Shown: piece after piece, positions 9,851 through 17,375 of the stretch | How the letters are laid out: each line of letters begins with the position of its first letter | Position numbering within the stretch: the stretch's first letter is position 1 | DNA from: an uncultured Megasphaera sp. | GTDB taxonomy: Bacteria > Bacillota > Negativicutes > Veillonellales > Megasphaeraceae | DNA length: 24,000 bases | Assembly (NCBI RefSeq): GCF_958350005.1 | Contig: NZ_CATWFF010000001.1 | Coordinates: 6,616 to 30,615, forward strand | Direction: 5' to 3' | Made by a program: the position numbers and the translations under genes | Notes under the pieces: generated by a model | What the model saw: the letters and a program-made list of their open reading frames with translations, nothing else | What the model was told of the DNA's origin: nothing | Database searches by the model: none

Positions 9851-10882
9851 ATGGCAGAGTTTGCAAATATAAAAGTAATTGGCGTTGGCGGCGGCGGAAA
9901 TAATGCTGTCAACCGTATGATAGAAAGCGGACTTCAGGGTGTACAGTTTATTTCGGTCAACACAGAAGACCAGGTACTGGAAGTATCGAAGGCAGATGTT
10001 AAAATTCAGATCGGTGAAAAACTGACCCGTGGTCTTGGTGCCGGTGCCAATCCTCAGGTTGGCGAACAGGCAGCACTGGAAAGCAAGGAAGAAATTATCA
10101 AAGCCCTTCAGGGTGCCGATATGGTTTTCGTCACAGCCGGCATGGGCGGCGGTACCGGCACAGGCGCTGCGCCGATCGTTGCCGAATGTGCCAAGGAAAT
10201 GGGCGCCCTTACGGTTGCTGTCGTTACCAAACCCTTTGCATTTGAAGGCAAACGCCGGAAAGAACAGGCAGAAAAAGGCGCTGCCTACTTAAAAGAAAAA
10301 GTAGATACGATCATTACGATTCCTAATGACAAACTGCTTCAGATTATTGACAAGAAAACGCCGCTGAAAGATGCGTTCCTCGTTGCCGATGACGTTCTCC
10401 GTCAGGGCGTACAGGGGATTTCCGACCTGATTACGACGACGGGCCTGATTAACCTGGACTTTGCTGACGTGAAGACCATCATGTCCGACCAGGGCGAAGC
10501 CATCATGGGCATCGGCGTAGGTTCCGGCGAAAACCGTGCTGTTGAAGCTGTTGACGGAGCTATTCACAGCTCCCTGCTGGAAACGGGTATTGACGGCGCC
10601 CAGAGCATTCTGCTCAACGTAACAGGCGGTCCTGACATCAGCCTGTATGAAATCAATGAAGCGGCAGAAAAAGTTGCGGAAGCAGTGGATCCGGACGCAA
10701 ACATCATCTTTGGTTCTGTCATCGATCCGGATATGGAAGACTCCATCCGTATTACTGTCGTTGCTACGGGATTTGGCAAAGAACCGTCGTCTATCCCTGC
10801 ATTTGGCCAGAACGGCAGCGTAAAGACCGGCAGTGACACCCGGGAAGCAGGCGGCGTAGAAATTCCTACGTGGATGAGATAA
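9851..10882 (+). CDS. ftsZ: Cell division GTPase FtsZ
   Basis: 343 aa. [15 protein letters not shown] and tubulin signature [11 protein letters not shown]-terminal anchor-binding peptide EIPTWMR. Strong GAAGGAGG RBS. Confidence 0.97.
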   Translation: MAEFANIKVIGVGGGGNNAVNRMIESGLQGVQFISVNTEDQVLEVSKADVKIQIGEKLTRGLGAGANPQVGEQAALESKEEIIKALQGADMVFVTAGMGGGTGTGAAPIVAECAKEMGALTVAVVTKPFAFEGKRRKEQAEKGAAYLKEKVDTIITIPNDKLLQIIDKKTPLKDAFLVADDVLRQGVQGISDLITTTGLINLDFADVKTIMSDQGEAIMGIGVGSGENRAVEAVDGAIHSSLLETGIDGAQSILLNVTGGPDISLYEINEAAEKVAEAVDPDANIIFGSVIDPDMEDSIRITVVATGFGKEPSSIPAFGQNGSVKTGSDTREAGGVEIPTWMR

Positions 10883-10895
10883 GCAGTATACTGGA

Positions 10896-10925
10896 AAAGC
10901 GGATCCTGGCGGACCCGCTTTTTTT
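10896..10925 (+). terminator. Rho-independent terminator after ftsZ
   Basis: AGCGGATCC / GGACCCGCT stem with one A-C mismatch, loop TGGC, followed by seven T residues. Confidence 0.7.
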
Positions 10926-10970
10926 GAAAATGCACGGCAATAGCGCCGATGTTAGGAGGAGAGACGCAGT

Positions 10971-11477
10971 ATGAGATGCCCTTTTTGCCGGAATGATGAT
11001 ACGAAAGTTACAGATTCACGAGCTACTGACGATGGAAAGGCCATTCGCCGCCGCCGGGAATGTCAGCATTGCGGAAAGCGCTTTACGACCTATGAAATGG
11101 TGGAAGAAGTGCAGCTCATCGTCATTAAGCGGGACGGAAGCCGGGAATTGTTTGACCGCAATAAAATACTGAACGGTCTGTTGCGGGCCTGCAATAAACG
11201 GAACGTCACGCGGCAGCAGCTGGAGGACATTGTCATACATGTAGAGCGAAATATTCGCAATACTCTCGTACAGGAAGTGACCAGCGAAAAAATCGGCGAA
11301 ATGGTGCTGGCCGAATTGCTTACAGTCGATGAGGTAGCCTATGTTCGCTTTGCTTCCGTATATCGGCAGTTTGCCGATCTGGGCAGCTTTATGGAAGAGC
11401 TGCAGCGCCTTATGGGCAGAAAATACGGGAATGTGACAGGCCGGAACGGCAGGGAAAGAGGCGACAGGAATGACTGA
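10971..11477 (+). CDS. nrdR: Transcriptional repressor NrdR (zinc ribbon plus ATP-cone)
   Basis: MRCPFC...CQHCGKRFTTYE zinc ribbon followed by an ATP-cone (KRDGSRELFDRNKILNGL). AGGAGGAG RBS. 168 aa with a Gly/Arg-rich tail that overlaps hldE by 8 nt. Confidence 0.92.
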   Translation: MRCPFCRNDDTKVTDSRATDDGKAIRRRRECQHCGKRFTTYEMVEEVQLIVIKRDGSRELFDRNKILNGLLRACNKRNVTRQQLEDIVIHVERNIRNTLVQEVTSEKIGEMVLAELLTVDEVAYVRFASVYRQFADLGSFMEELQRLMGRKYGNVTGRNGRERGDRND

Positions 11478-12951
11478 AAATTATATTGACAACTTTTTGA
11501 ATACCGTCCTTCCCGGGCTTCGTATTGCCGTCATTGGCGATATTATGGTAGACCGCTATATTTTTGGCAGTGTAGACCGGATTTCACCGGAAGCGCCTGT
11601 TCCGGTCAATAAAGTAGACCATATCTCGTCGGTTCTGGGCGGCGCTGCCAATGTTGCCGCCAATCTGGCCAACCTGGACTGCCACGTCTTTCTGAGCGGT
11701 CTTATCGGTAATGATGATAATGCCGTGCTGCTCCGGCAGCTGCTGAAGGATGCCGGCATTGACGGCACGGGCCTTGCTGTCCGCGACGGCCATGTGACGA
11801 CGACGAAAATGCGCGTCCTCGGTGCGCGGCAGCAAATGGTGCGCCTTGATTTTGAAGAGGCTGCATCCCTTAAGGCCGATGAAGAAGCCTATATTGGACA
11901 CTGGCTGGAAATGCGCATTGCTGACGGGCTGGACGGCATTATTCTGTCTGATTACCAGAAGGGCGTACTGACCTGCAGTCTGGCAGCCAAGGTCATCGCT
12001 GCTGCCAGGAACGCAGGAATTCCCGTCCTCGTCGACCCGAAAGGCACGGACTGGTCCAAGTATAATGGTGCTGATTTTGTCACGCCCAATATGAAAGAAC
12101 TGAGTGACTGCCTGGGGCGGCGCGTACCGAATGAAGGCGACGCCGTAGTGACAGCTGCCAGAGAGCTTCACAGGAAATACGAGTTTGCTCACCTCATGGT
12201 CACGCGTTCGGAAAAAGGCATTACCGTCATTGGCCGGGACGGCAAGGTATGGAATAATCCGGCTGTGGCGAAAGACGTATTTGATGTGTCCGGTGCCGGT
12301 GATACTGTAGCAGCTTCCTTTTTATCAGCTGTTGCCGGCCATTTGTCGATCCGTACGGGTCTGCAGATTGCCAATGCCGCTGCCGGCGTCGTCGTGACCA
12401 AAGTAGGGACCTATCCGATTCACCGCAGTGAACTCCTCAAGCTGTGGGATGAATGGCATCCTGTTCGCTGGGCACCGTACCGGGCTCTTACGTGGGACGA
12501 AACGGCAGAAAAGGTGCGGCAGTGGCAGAAAAACGGGGAAACTGTCGTGTTTACCAATGGCTGCTTTGATATTCTGCACCGCGGCCATGTGTTGTATTTG
12601 CAGCAGGCAGCCATGTTGGGACAGCATCTGATTGTCGGATTGAATTCCGATGATTCCGTCCGGCGCCTGAAGGGAGAAACGCGGCCTCTCGTCGCCCAGG
12701 AAGACCGGGCTATCCTGCTCAGTGCCCTGGACTGTGTCGATGAAGTCGTCATCTTCAATGAAGATACGCCGGCTGAACTGCTGCGCGTTCTCCGGCCGGA
12801 TATTCTCGTCAAAGGCGGCGATTACAAAGCCGAAGACGTTATTGGCCGCGAATATGTCAAGCGCGTGGAAATTATATCCTTTGAAGAAGGCTATTCGACG
12901 ACGGGACTGATTGAAAAAATACGTGATTTAGTAAAGAAGGGAAAATTATGA
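11470..12951 (+). CDS. hldE: Bifunctional D-beta-D-heptose 7-phosphate kinase / D-beta-D-heptose 1-phosphate adenylyltransferase (HldE/RfaE)
   Basis: 493 aa. N-terminal PfkB-type kinase (VIGDIMVDRY...RISPEAPVPV, DVSGAGDTV). C-terminal cytidylyltransferase domain (FTNGCFDILHRGHVLYL). Confidence 0.92.
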   Translation: MTENYIDNFLNTVLPGLRIAVIGDIMVDRYIFGSVDRISPEAPVPVNKVDHISSVLGGAANVAANLANLDCHVFLSGLIGNDDNAVLLRQLLKDAGIDGTGLAVRDGHVTTTKMRVLGARQQMVRLDFEEAASLKADEEAYIGHWLEMRIADGLDGIILSDYQKGVLTCSLAAKVIAAARNAGIPVLVDPKGTDWSKYNGADFVTPNMKELSDCLGRRVPNEGDAVVTAARELHRKYEFAHLMVTRSEKGITVIGRDGKVWNNPAVAKDVFDVSGAGDTVAASFLSAVAGHLSIRTGLQIANAAAGVVVTKVGTYPIHRSELLKLWDEWHPVRWAPYRALTWDETAEKVRQWQKNGETVVFTNGCFDILHRGHVLYLQQAAMLGQHLIVGLNSDDSVRRLKGETRPLVAQEDRAILLSALDCVDEVVIFNEDTPAELLRVLRPDILVKGGDYKAEDVIGREYVKRVEIISFEEGYSTTGLIEKIRDLVKKGKL

Positions 12952-13913
12952 AAATTGTAACAGGCGGAGCCGGTTTTATTGGCAGCAATATTGTGAAGCA
13001 TCTGAATGACCGCGGCATTGATGATATCCTCATCGTAGATGATCTGACAGACGGCCGCAAATGCCGGAATTTACAGGGCCTGGCATTTTATGACTACATA
13101 GATTACGAAGATTTTGATGATGCCATGGCTGACGATACGTTCGACTGCGGCTATATTGACGTCGTATTCCATGAAGGTGCCTGCTCAGATACGATGAATT
13201 ACGACGGCCGGTATATGATGAAAAATAATTATGAAGGAAGCAAAAATCTGCTGCACTACTGCATGCAGCGTAAGATTCCCTTCCTGTATGCGTCTTCTGC
13301 ATCGACGTACGGCAGCGGCAAACATGGCTTTAAGGAAGAACCGCAGTGCGAACAGGCACTCAATCCCTATGCCTATTCGAAGCTGCAGTTTGACCGCTAT
13401 GTCCGCCGCATGATGCCCCTGGCCAAGAGCCAGATCGTAGGGTTCCGCTATTTTAACGTCTTTGGGCCGCAGGAAAATCATAAAGACCGCATGGCTTCGC
13501 TGATTTATCAGAAATACCATGAACTGCAGAAAACAGGCAAGATAACGCTGTTCAAGGGAACGGCAGGATATGGAGACGGCGAACAGATCCGCGACTTCAT
13601 TTATGTCGGCGACGTTGTGAATGTTATCTTTTATTTCTGGGAACATCCGGAACTGTCCGGTATTTTTAACTGCGGCACCGGCACAGGCCATACGTTTAAT
13701 GAATTTGTACAGGGCATTATTGACTATTGCGGAAAAGGTCATATTGAATATGTACCGTTCCCGGAAATCCTGCAGGGAAAATACCAGAGTTATACCCAGG
13801 CCGATACGACGAAGCTCATGAAAGCCGGATATGACCGCGGGTTTACGCTGCTTCCCGAAGCAGTTCGCGAATACTGCCGGATTCTGGAACAGAGTGACGG
13901 GTATTTTGAATGA
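12948..13913 (+). CDS. hldD: ADP-L-glycero-D-manno-heptose 6-epimerase (HldD/RfaD)
   Basis: 321 aa SDR. MKIVTGGAGFIGSN NAD loop and catalytic YAYSK. ATGA start/stop overlap with hldE. Confidence 0.92.
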   Translation: MKIVTGGAGFIGSNIVKHLNDRGIDDILIVDDLTDGRKCRNLQGLAFYDYIDYEDFDDAMADDTFDCGYIDVVFHEGACSDTMNYDGRYMMKNNYEGSKNLLHYCMQRKIPFLYASSASTYGSGKHGFKEEPQCEQALNPYAYSKLQFDRYVRRMMPLAKSQIVGFRYFNVFGPQENHKDRMASLIYQKYHELQKTGKITLFKGTAGYGDGEQIRDFIYVGDVVNVIFYFWEHPELSGIFNCGTGTGHTFNEFVQGIIDYCGKGHIEYVPFPEILQGKYQSYTQADTTKLMKAGYDRGFTLLPEAVREYCRILEQSDGYFE

Positions 13914-14431
13914 GAAAGGCCGTGTTTTTTGACCGCGACGGCGTGCTGAATGTGGATAAATCCTATTTATGGCGCATTCAGGATTTTGAGTGGGTCGACG
14001 GTGCCAAAGAGGCCCTGGCCTATGTGGCAAAGGCCGGATATATGAGCATTGTCGTAACCAATCAGAGCGGCGTGGCCAGAGGCTACTATACGGAAGAAGA
14101 TGTCCGCCTTCTTCATGAATGGATGTGCCAGGAGGCAGCGAAAGCCGGCGGCCCCATTGCAGCCGTATACTACTGCCCTTATCTGCCGGGCGCACCGGTT
14201 CCTCAGTATGACCGGCAAAGCGACTGGCGAAAGCCGGCGCCGGGCATGGTGCTGCAGGCGGCCAGAGAGCATGACATCGACCTGTCCCGGTCCTTTATGA
14301 TCGGCGATATGCCCCGTGACGTAGAATGCGGCGAGCGGGCCGGCATGAAGGGCTATCTGTTTTCCGGAGGTTCGTTATTGACGTTTGTACAAAAAATCAT
14401 TCAGGAAAGGAATCAGCGTGAAAGCATATAA
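13910..14431 (+). CDS. gmhB: D-glycero-D-manno-heptose 1,7-bisphosphate 7-phosphatase (GmhB, HAD family)
   Basis: 173 aa. HAD motif I FFDRDGVLN, VTNQSG, WRKPAPGM and GDMPRD. Aligns along its length with my recollection of E. coli GmhB. ATGA overlap with hldD. Confidence 0.87.
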   Translation: MRKAVFFDRDGVLNVDKSYLWRIQDFEWVDGAKEALAYVAKAGYMSIVVTNQSGVARGYYTEEDVRLLHEWMCQEAAKAGGPIAAVYYCPYLPGAPVPQYDRQSDWRKPAPGMVLQAAREHDIDLSRSFMIGDMPRDVECGERAGMKGYLFSGGSLLTFVQKIIQERNQRESI

Positions 14432-15449
14432 GAATATTCTGATTGTCAAGATGAGTTCCCTTGGCGATGTGCTCCATGCGCTGCCTGTCGTTTACGCGCT
14501 GCGGGAAAATTGTCCCTCAGCGCGTATTGTTTGGGCAGTGCATCCTAATTTTGCCGCTGTTCTGCCAGGTAAGCCCTATATTGATGATGTCGTATATATT
14601 GATAAAAAACGGCTTACTTCGCCGGCATACTGGTGGCACCTGCGCCGGACTCTTCATGCCTATCATTTCGACCTGTGTCTGGATCTGCAGGGCCTGGCCA
14701 AAAGTGCCATTGTTGCCTTTAACAGCGGCGCCAGGGAAAAATATGGCTACTGGGAAATGCGGGAAGGCAGTTTTCTCGTAAGCAAAGGCCTGAAAGGGCC
14801 CAATCAATATGGACACGTTATTGAACGATATCTCGATACGGTCCGGGCCCTGGGCGGCATTGTCGATGCCGTGGAATTTCCGCTGCCGCCGGTGAAGAAA
14901 GAAGAGGATGGGCTGCGGCGAAAATTTGCCGATGCCGGATTTACGGGGCCTTATATTGCCGTCGTTCCCGGTGCCCGCTGGGCCGTCAAGGAATGGCCCC
15001 TGGCGTATTGGCAGGATTTTGTCCGCCGTGCAGCCGCTTCAGGCATGAATGTCCTGCTCCTGGGCAGTAAGGACGATCAGGAAAAAGGGCGGGCCATTGC
15101 CGGGGCCGCAGCATCACCGCAGGTCCTCGATTATACAGGGCTGACGACACTGCGGGAACTTATGGCGGCCATTTCCATGTCCTGCCTGTATATCAGCGCT
15201 GATACAGGGCCGCTCCATGTGGCCAATGCGCTGAAAAAGGAACTCATCGCCCTCTTTGGTCCGACTTGTCCCGATCGGACCGGCCCGTACGGCGGAATTC
15301 ACAGCCAGTATATCCATCTCATGATTTCGCCGACCTCTCAGGCTTCGCCGGAACGGCCCTTAGTCGACGATCCGGCCTGCATGGCTCAGATTAGGGTAGA
15401 CGATGTGTGGAAAACATACGAAACTGTCATGAAGAAGGTGAATATATGA
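14418..15449 (+). CDS. waaC: GT9 LPS heptosyltransferase, WaaC-like (heptosyltransferase I)
   Basis: ILIVKMSSLGDVLHALP, DLQGLAKSA and GHVIERY parallel E. coli WaaC IVKTSSMGDVLHTLP, DAQGLVKSA and HAVER. I chose GTG 14418, which has GGAAAGGAA 5 nt upstream. The ORF-track TTG at 14385 lies deep inside gmhB. The gene symbol is less certain than the family. Confidence 0.8.
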   Translation: MKAYKNILIVKMSSLGDVLHALPVVYALRENCPSARIVWAVHPNFAAVLPGKPYIDDVVYIDKKRLTSPAYWWHLRRTLHAYHFDLCLDLQGLAKSAIVAFNSGAREKYGYWEMREGSFLVSKGLKGPNQYGHVIERYLDTVRALGGIVDAVEFPLPPVKKEEDGLRRKFADAGFTGPYIAVVPGARWAVKEWPLAYWQDFVRRAAASGMNVLLLGSKDDQEKGRAIAGAAASPQVLDYTGLTTLRELMAAISMSCLYISADTGPLHVANALKKELIALFGPTCPDRTGPYGGIHSQYIHLMISPTSQASPERPLVDDPACMAQIRVDDVWKTYETVMKKVNI

Positions 15450-16519
15450 TTAATTTGCGGCACAAACGAATTATTGTTACCTTTTTAATGCATTTAGGTG
15501 ATCTGGTCCTGATTACGCCGTTTCTGCAGGTCCTGCGCCGTCATGCCCAGGGCTCGGACATTACCCTGGTTGTCGATGAAAAAGTTGCCGATGTTGTCCG
15601 GTATAATCCCAATGTCGATCACGTCGTGACAGTCGATAAAAAAGGGAAAGATAATTCTATCGGCGCATTGTGGCACATTGGCAGGAAGCTGCACCAGAAT
15701 CACTACGATGTACTTATCAACCTGCATCCAAACGAACGGACGTCCTTTCTGGCGACGGTCATTCAGGCCAGGGAATTTCTGGGCATGAGCCATTTTCTGT
15801 TTCGCCCTTTCATGGATCGGTATACGCGGCTGGATCGGATTCATCTCCATGCTGCCGACATGTATATGAACGTACTGGAGCAGCTGGGAATTGATGATTA
15901 CCGCAATGACGGCCTGCAGCTCTTTACCTGCCCGGCCTGGGACAAGAGGGCTCATGATTTTTATGCAGATCAGGGCGTGACGAAAGACAGGCGGCTCATT
16001 GGCTTTAATATTGGCAGTGCTGTTCCGCAGAAACGGTGGCCTCCGCAGCGCTTTGCCGCTGTTGCCGATTACTTTGCTGGCCAGGGATATGGCTGCGTCT
16101 TTTTTGGCGGCTCCATGGACAAAGCCATGGTACAGGAAGCGGCATCATTCATGGAGTCCAGGCCCATCGTGGCAACAGGGAAGTTTTCCATTGGTGAACT
16201 GGCTGCTGCCATTCGGCGCTGCTCCCTGTTTATTACCAATGACAGCGGTCCCATGCATATTGCTGTCAGTCAGGGCGTTCCTGTAGTGGCCCTGTATGGC
16301 CCGAGCAACCCCAAATTATACGGTCCCTATACGGATAAGGCTATCGTCCTGGAATCGACGGATCACTATGAACTGGGCAAGAGCATGAAGAAGATTATCA
16401 AAGAAGGACACTACAAAGGCATTTCCGTTATTCCCATGCAGCAGGTTATCGATGCCGGAGAAGAACTGCTGCGGCGGTATGGGACAAGTGGGCAGATTTT
16501 GCCTTTTCCCGGGAAATAG
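15446..16519 (+). CDS. waaF: GT9 LPS heptosyltransferase, WaaF-like (heptosyltransferase II)
   Basis: KRWPPQRF...VFFGG...ITNDSGPMHIA...PVVALYGPSNP matches the WaaF pattern KRWP...LFG...TNDSGLMHVAAA...LVALYGPSSP. I chose ATG 15446, which forms an ATGA overlap with the upstream stop and has AAGGTG upstream. The gene symbol is less certain than the family. Confidence 0.8.
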   Translation: MINLRHKRIIVTFLMHLGDLVLITPFLQVLRRHAQGSDITLVVDEKVADVVRYNPNVDHVVTVDKKGKDNSIGALWHIGRKLHQNHYDVLINLHPNERTSFLATVIQAREFLGMSHFLFRPFMDRYTRLDRIHLHAADMYMNVLEQLGIDDYRNDGLQLFTCPAWDKRAHDFYADQGVTKDRRLIGFNIGSAVPQKRWPPQRFAAVADYFAGQGYGCVFFGGSMDKAMVQEAASFMESRPIVATGKFSIGELAAAIRRCSLFITNDSGPMHIAVSQGVPVVALYGPSNPKLYGPYTDKAIVLESTDHYELGKSMKKIIKEGHYKGISVIPMQQVIDAGEELLRRYGTSGQILPFPGK

Positions 16520-16527
16520 CGTATAAT
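16499..16527 (+). promoter_or_regulatory. Candidate sigma-70 promoter for the OMP gene
   Basis: -35 TTGCCT (16499-16504), 17-nt spacer, -10 TATAAT (16522-16527). Two further TATAAT hexamers sit at 16529-16534 and 16544-16549. Confidence 0.45.
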
Positions 16528-16562
16528 ATATAATGTATATGTGTATAATGGAGGTGGTTTTC

Positions 16563-17144
16563 ATGAAAAAAACAGCATTAGCAGCTGTATTGGCTGCCCT
16601 TCTTTCGATCGGTGCCGTATCGATGGCAGCACCGCTGAAAGATCAGCAGGCCGGAGATTTCAAAGCCAATGTCAACTATGGATTTGATCAGGAAGAAGGC
16701 AGTCGCTCCGCAGACAGCCGGTTTACAGGCGGCGATGTAACCTATGCCCTGAGTGAACGGTTCGATGTGCAGTATGCCAACAACTACACAAAAGGCGACA
16801 ATGGCAATAAAATTAACGAAAATTATCTGATTGGCAACTATCGCTTGGCGCCGAATTTGTCTGTATATGCAGGCGGTTCCTATGTCAAGACGGAAACGTA
16901 TAACAATACGAAGTCCTATGGATATCAGGTCGGCGTCAAAGGACAGCTTCCTCTGACGGACCGGCTCCAGGGATTTGCGTCTGTCGGTGTCGGCGATGAC
17001 GTAAACACCTATGAAGTAGGCCTGGGGTACGACCTGACGTCTGACTGGGATGCCCATGTTAAATATCGCAGCAGCAGCGTTGATGTCGACAACTATGATG
17101 ATGAAGTAAAAGGCTGGCAGGTCGGTATGGGGTATAAGTTCTAA
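16563..17144 (+). CDS. Small outer-membrane beta-barrel protein (OmpW/OmpX-size class)
   Basis: GGAGGTG RBS. Signal peptide MKKTALAAVLAALLSIGAVSMA followed by AP. Alternating amphipathic strands rich in Y/G/N. C-terminal beta-signal GMGYKF ends in Phe. The start was moved from the ORF-track 16533 to the SD-supported ATG. Confidence 0.8.
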   Translation: MKKTALAAVLAALLSIGAVSMAAPLKDQQAGDFKANVNYGFDQEEGSRSADSRFTGGDVTYALSERFDVQYANNYTKGDNGNKINENYLIGNYRLAPNLSVYAGGSYVKTETYNNTKSYGYQVGVKGQLPLTDRLQGFASVGVGDDVNTYEVGLGYDLTSDWDAHVKYRSSSVDVDNYDDEVKGWQVGMGYKF

Positions 17145-17166
17145 TACGGATGGTGTAAGAGCCTGG

Positions 17167-17220
17167 AATCTCTCTTTGCAGAAATACAGAAATGGTATTC
17201 CTGTAAAGAGAGATTTTTTA
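17167..17220 (+). terminator. Rho-independent terminator after the OMP gene
   Basis: AATCTCTCTTTGCAG / CTGTAAAGAGAGATT stem with one G-U pair and an inner AATAC/GTATT extension, followed by TTTTTT. Confidence 0.7.
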
Positions 17221-17270
17221 TGCGCAAAACGCATAGCTTGCATTCTAACTATATTGATTTATTAAGATAA

Positions 17271-17298
17271 TTGAGATTCGTAAAAATTATAGTAGAAT
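17271..17298 (+). promoter_or_regulatory. Candidate sigma-70 promoter of the PTA-hydrogenase operon
   Basis: -35 TTGAGA (17271-17276), 16-nt spacer, -10 TAGAAT (17293-17298), in an AT-rich 230-nt intergenic region about 78 nt upstream of the ATG. Confidence 0.4.
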
Positions 17299-17375
17299 AA
17301 TACGTAAGGATAATTGTCTAGTAATTGTGAATGGGCAGGTGTTATTCTTTACTATCAGCAAAGAAGGTGTCTTAC

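Noticed and set aside
17331-17375. Upstream starts offered by the ORF track: 17331 for fusion copy 1, 15407 for waaF-like, 16533 for the OMP, 14385 for waaC-like and 23108 for thioesterase 2.
   Set aside because: Each internal start I chose has a good Shine-Dalgarno at 5-9 nt. Each also gives a canonical N-terminus: a match to the paralog MSRFMNNLKRR, a signal peptide beginning MKK, or an ATGA coupling overlap. The longer versions lack an SD, use TTG, or run deep into the upstream gene.
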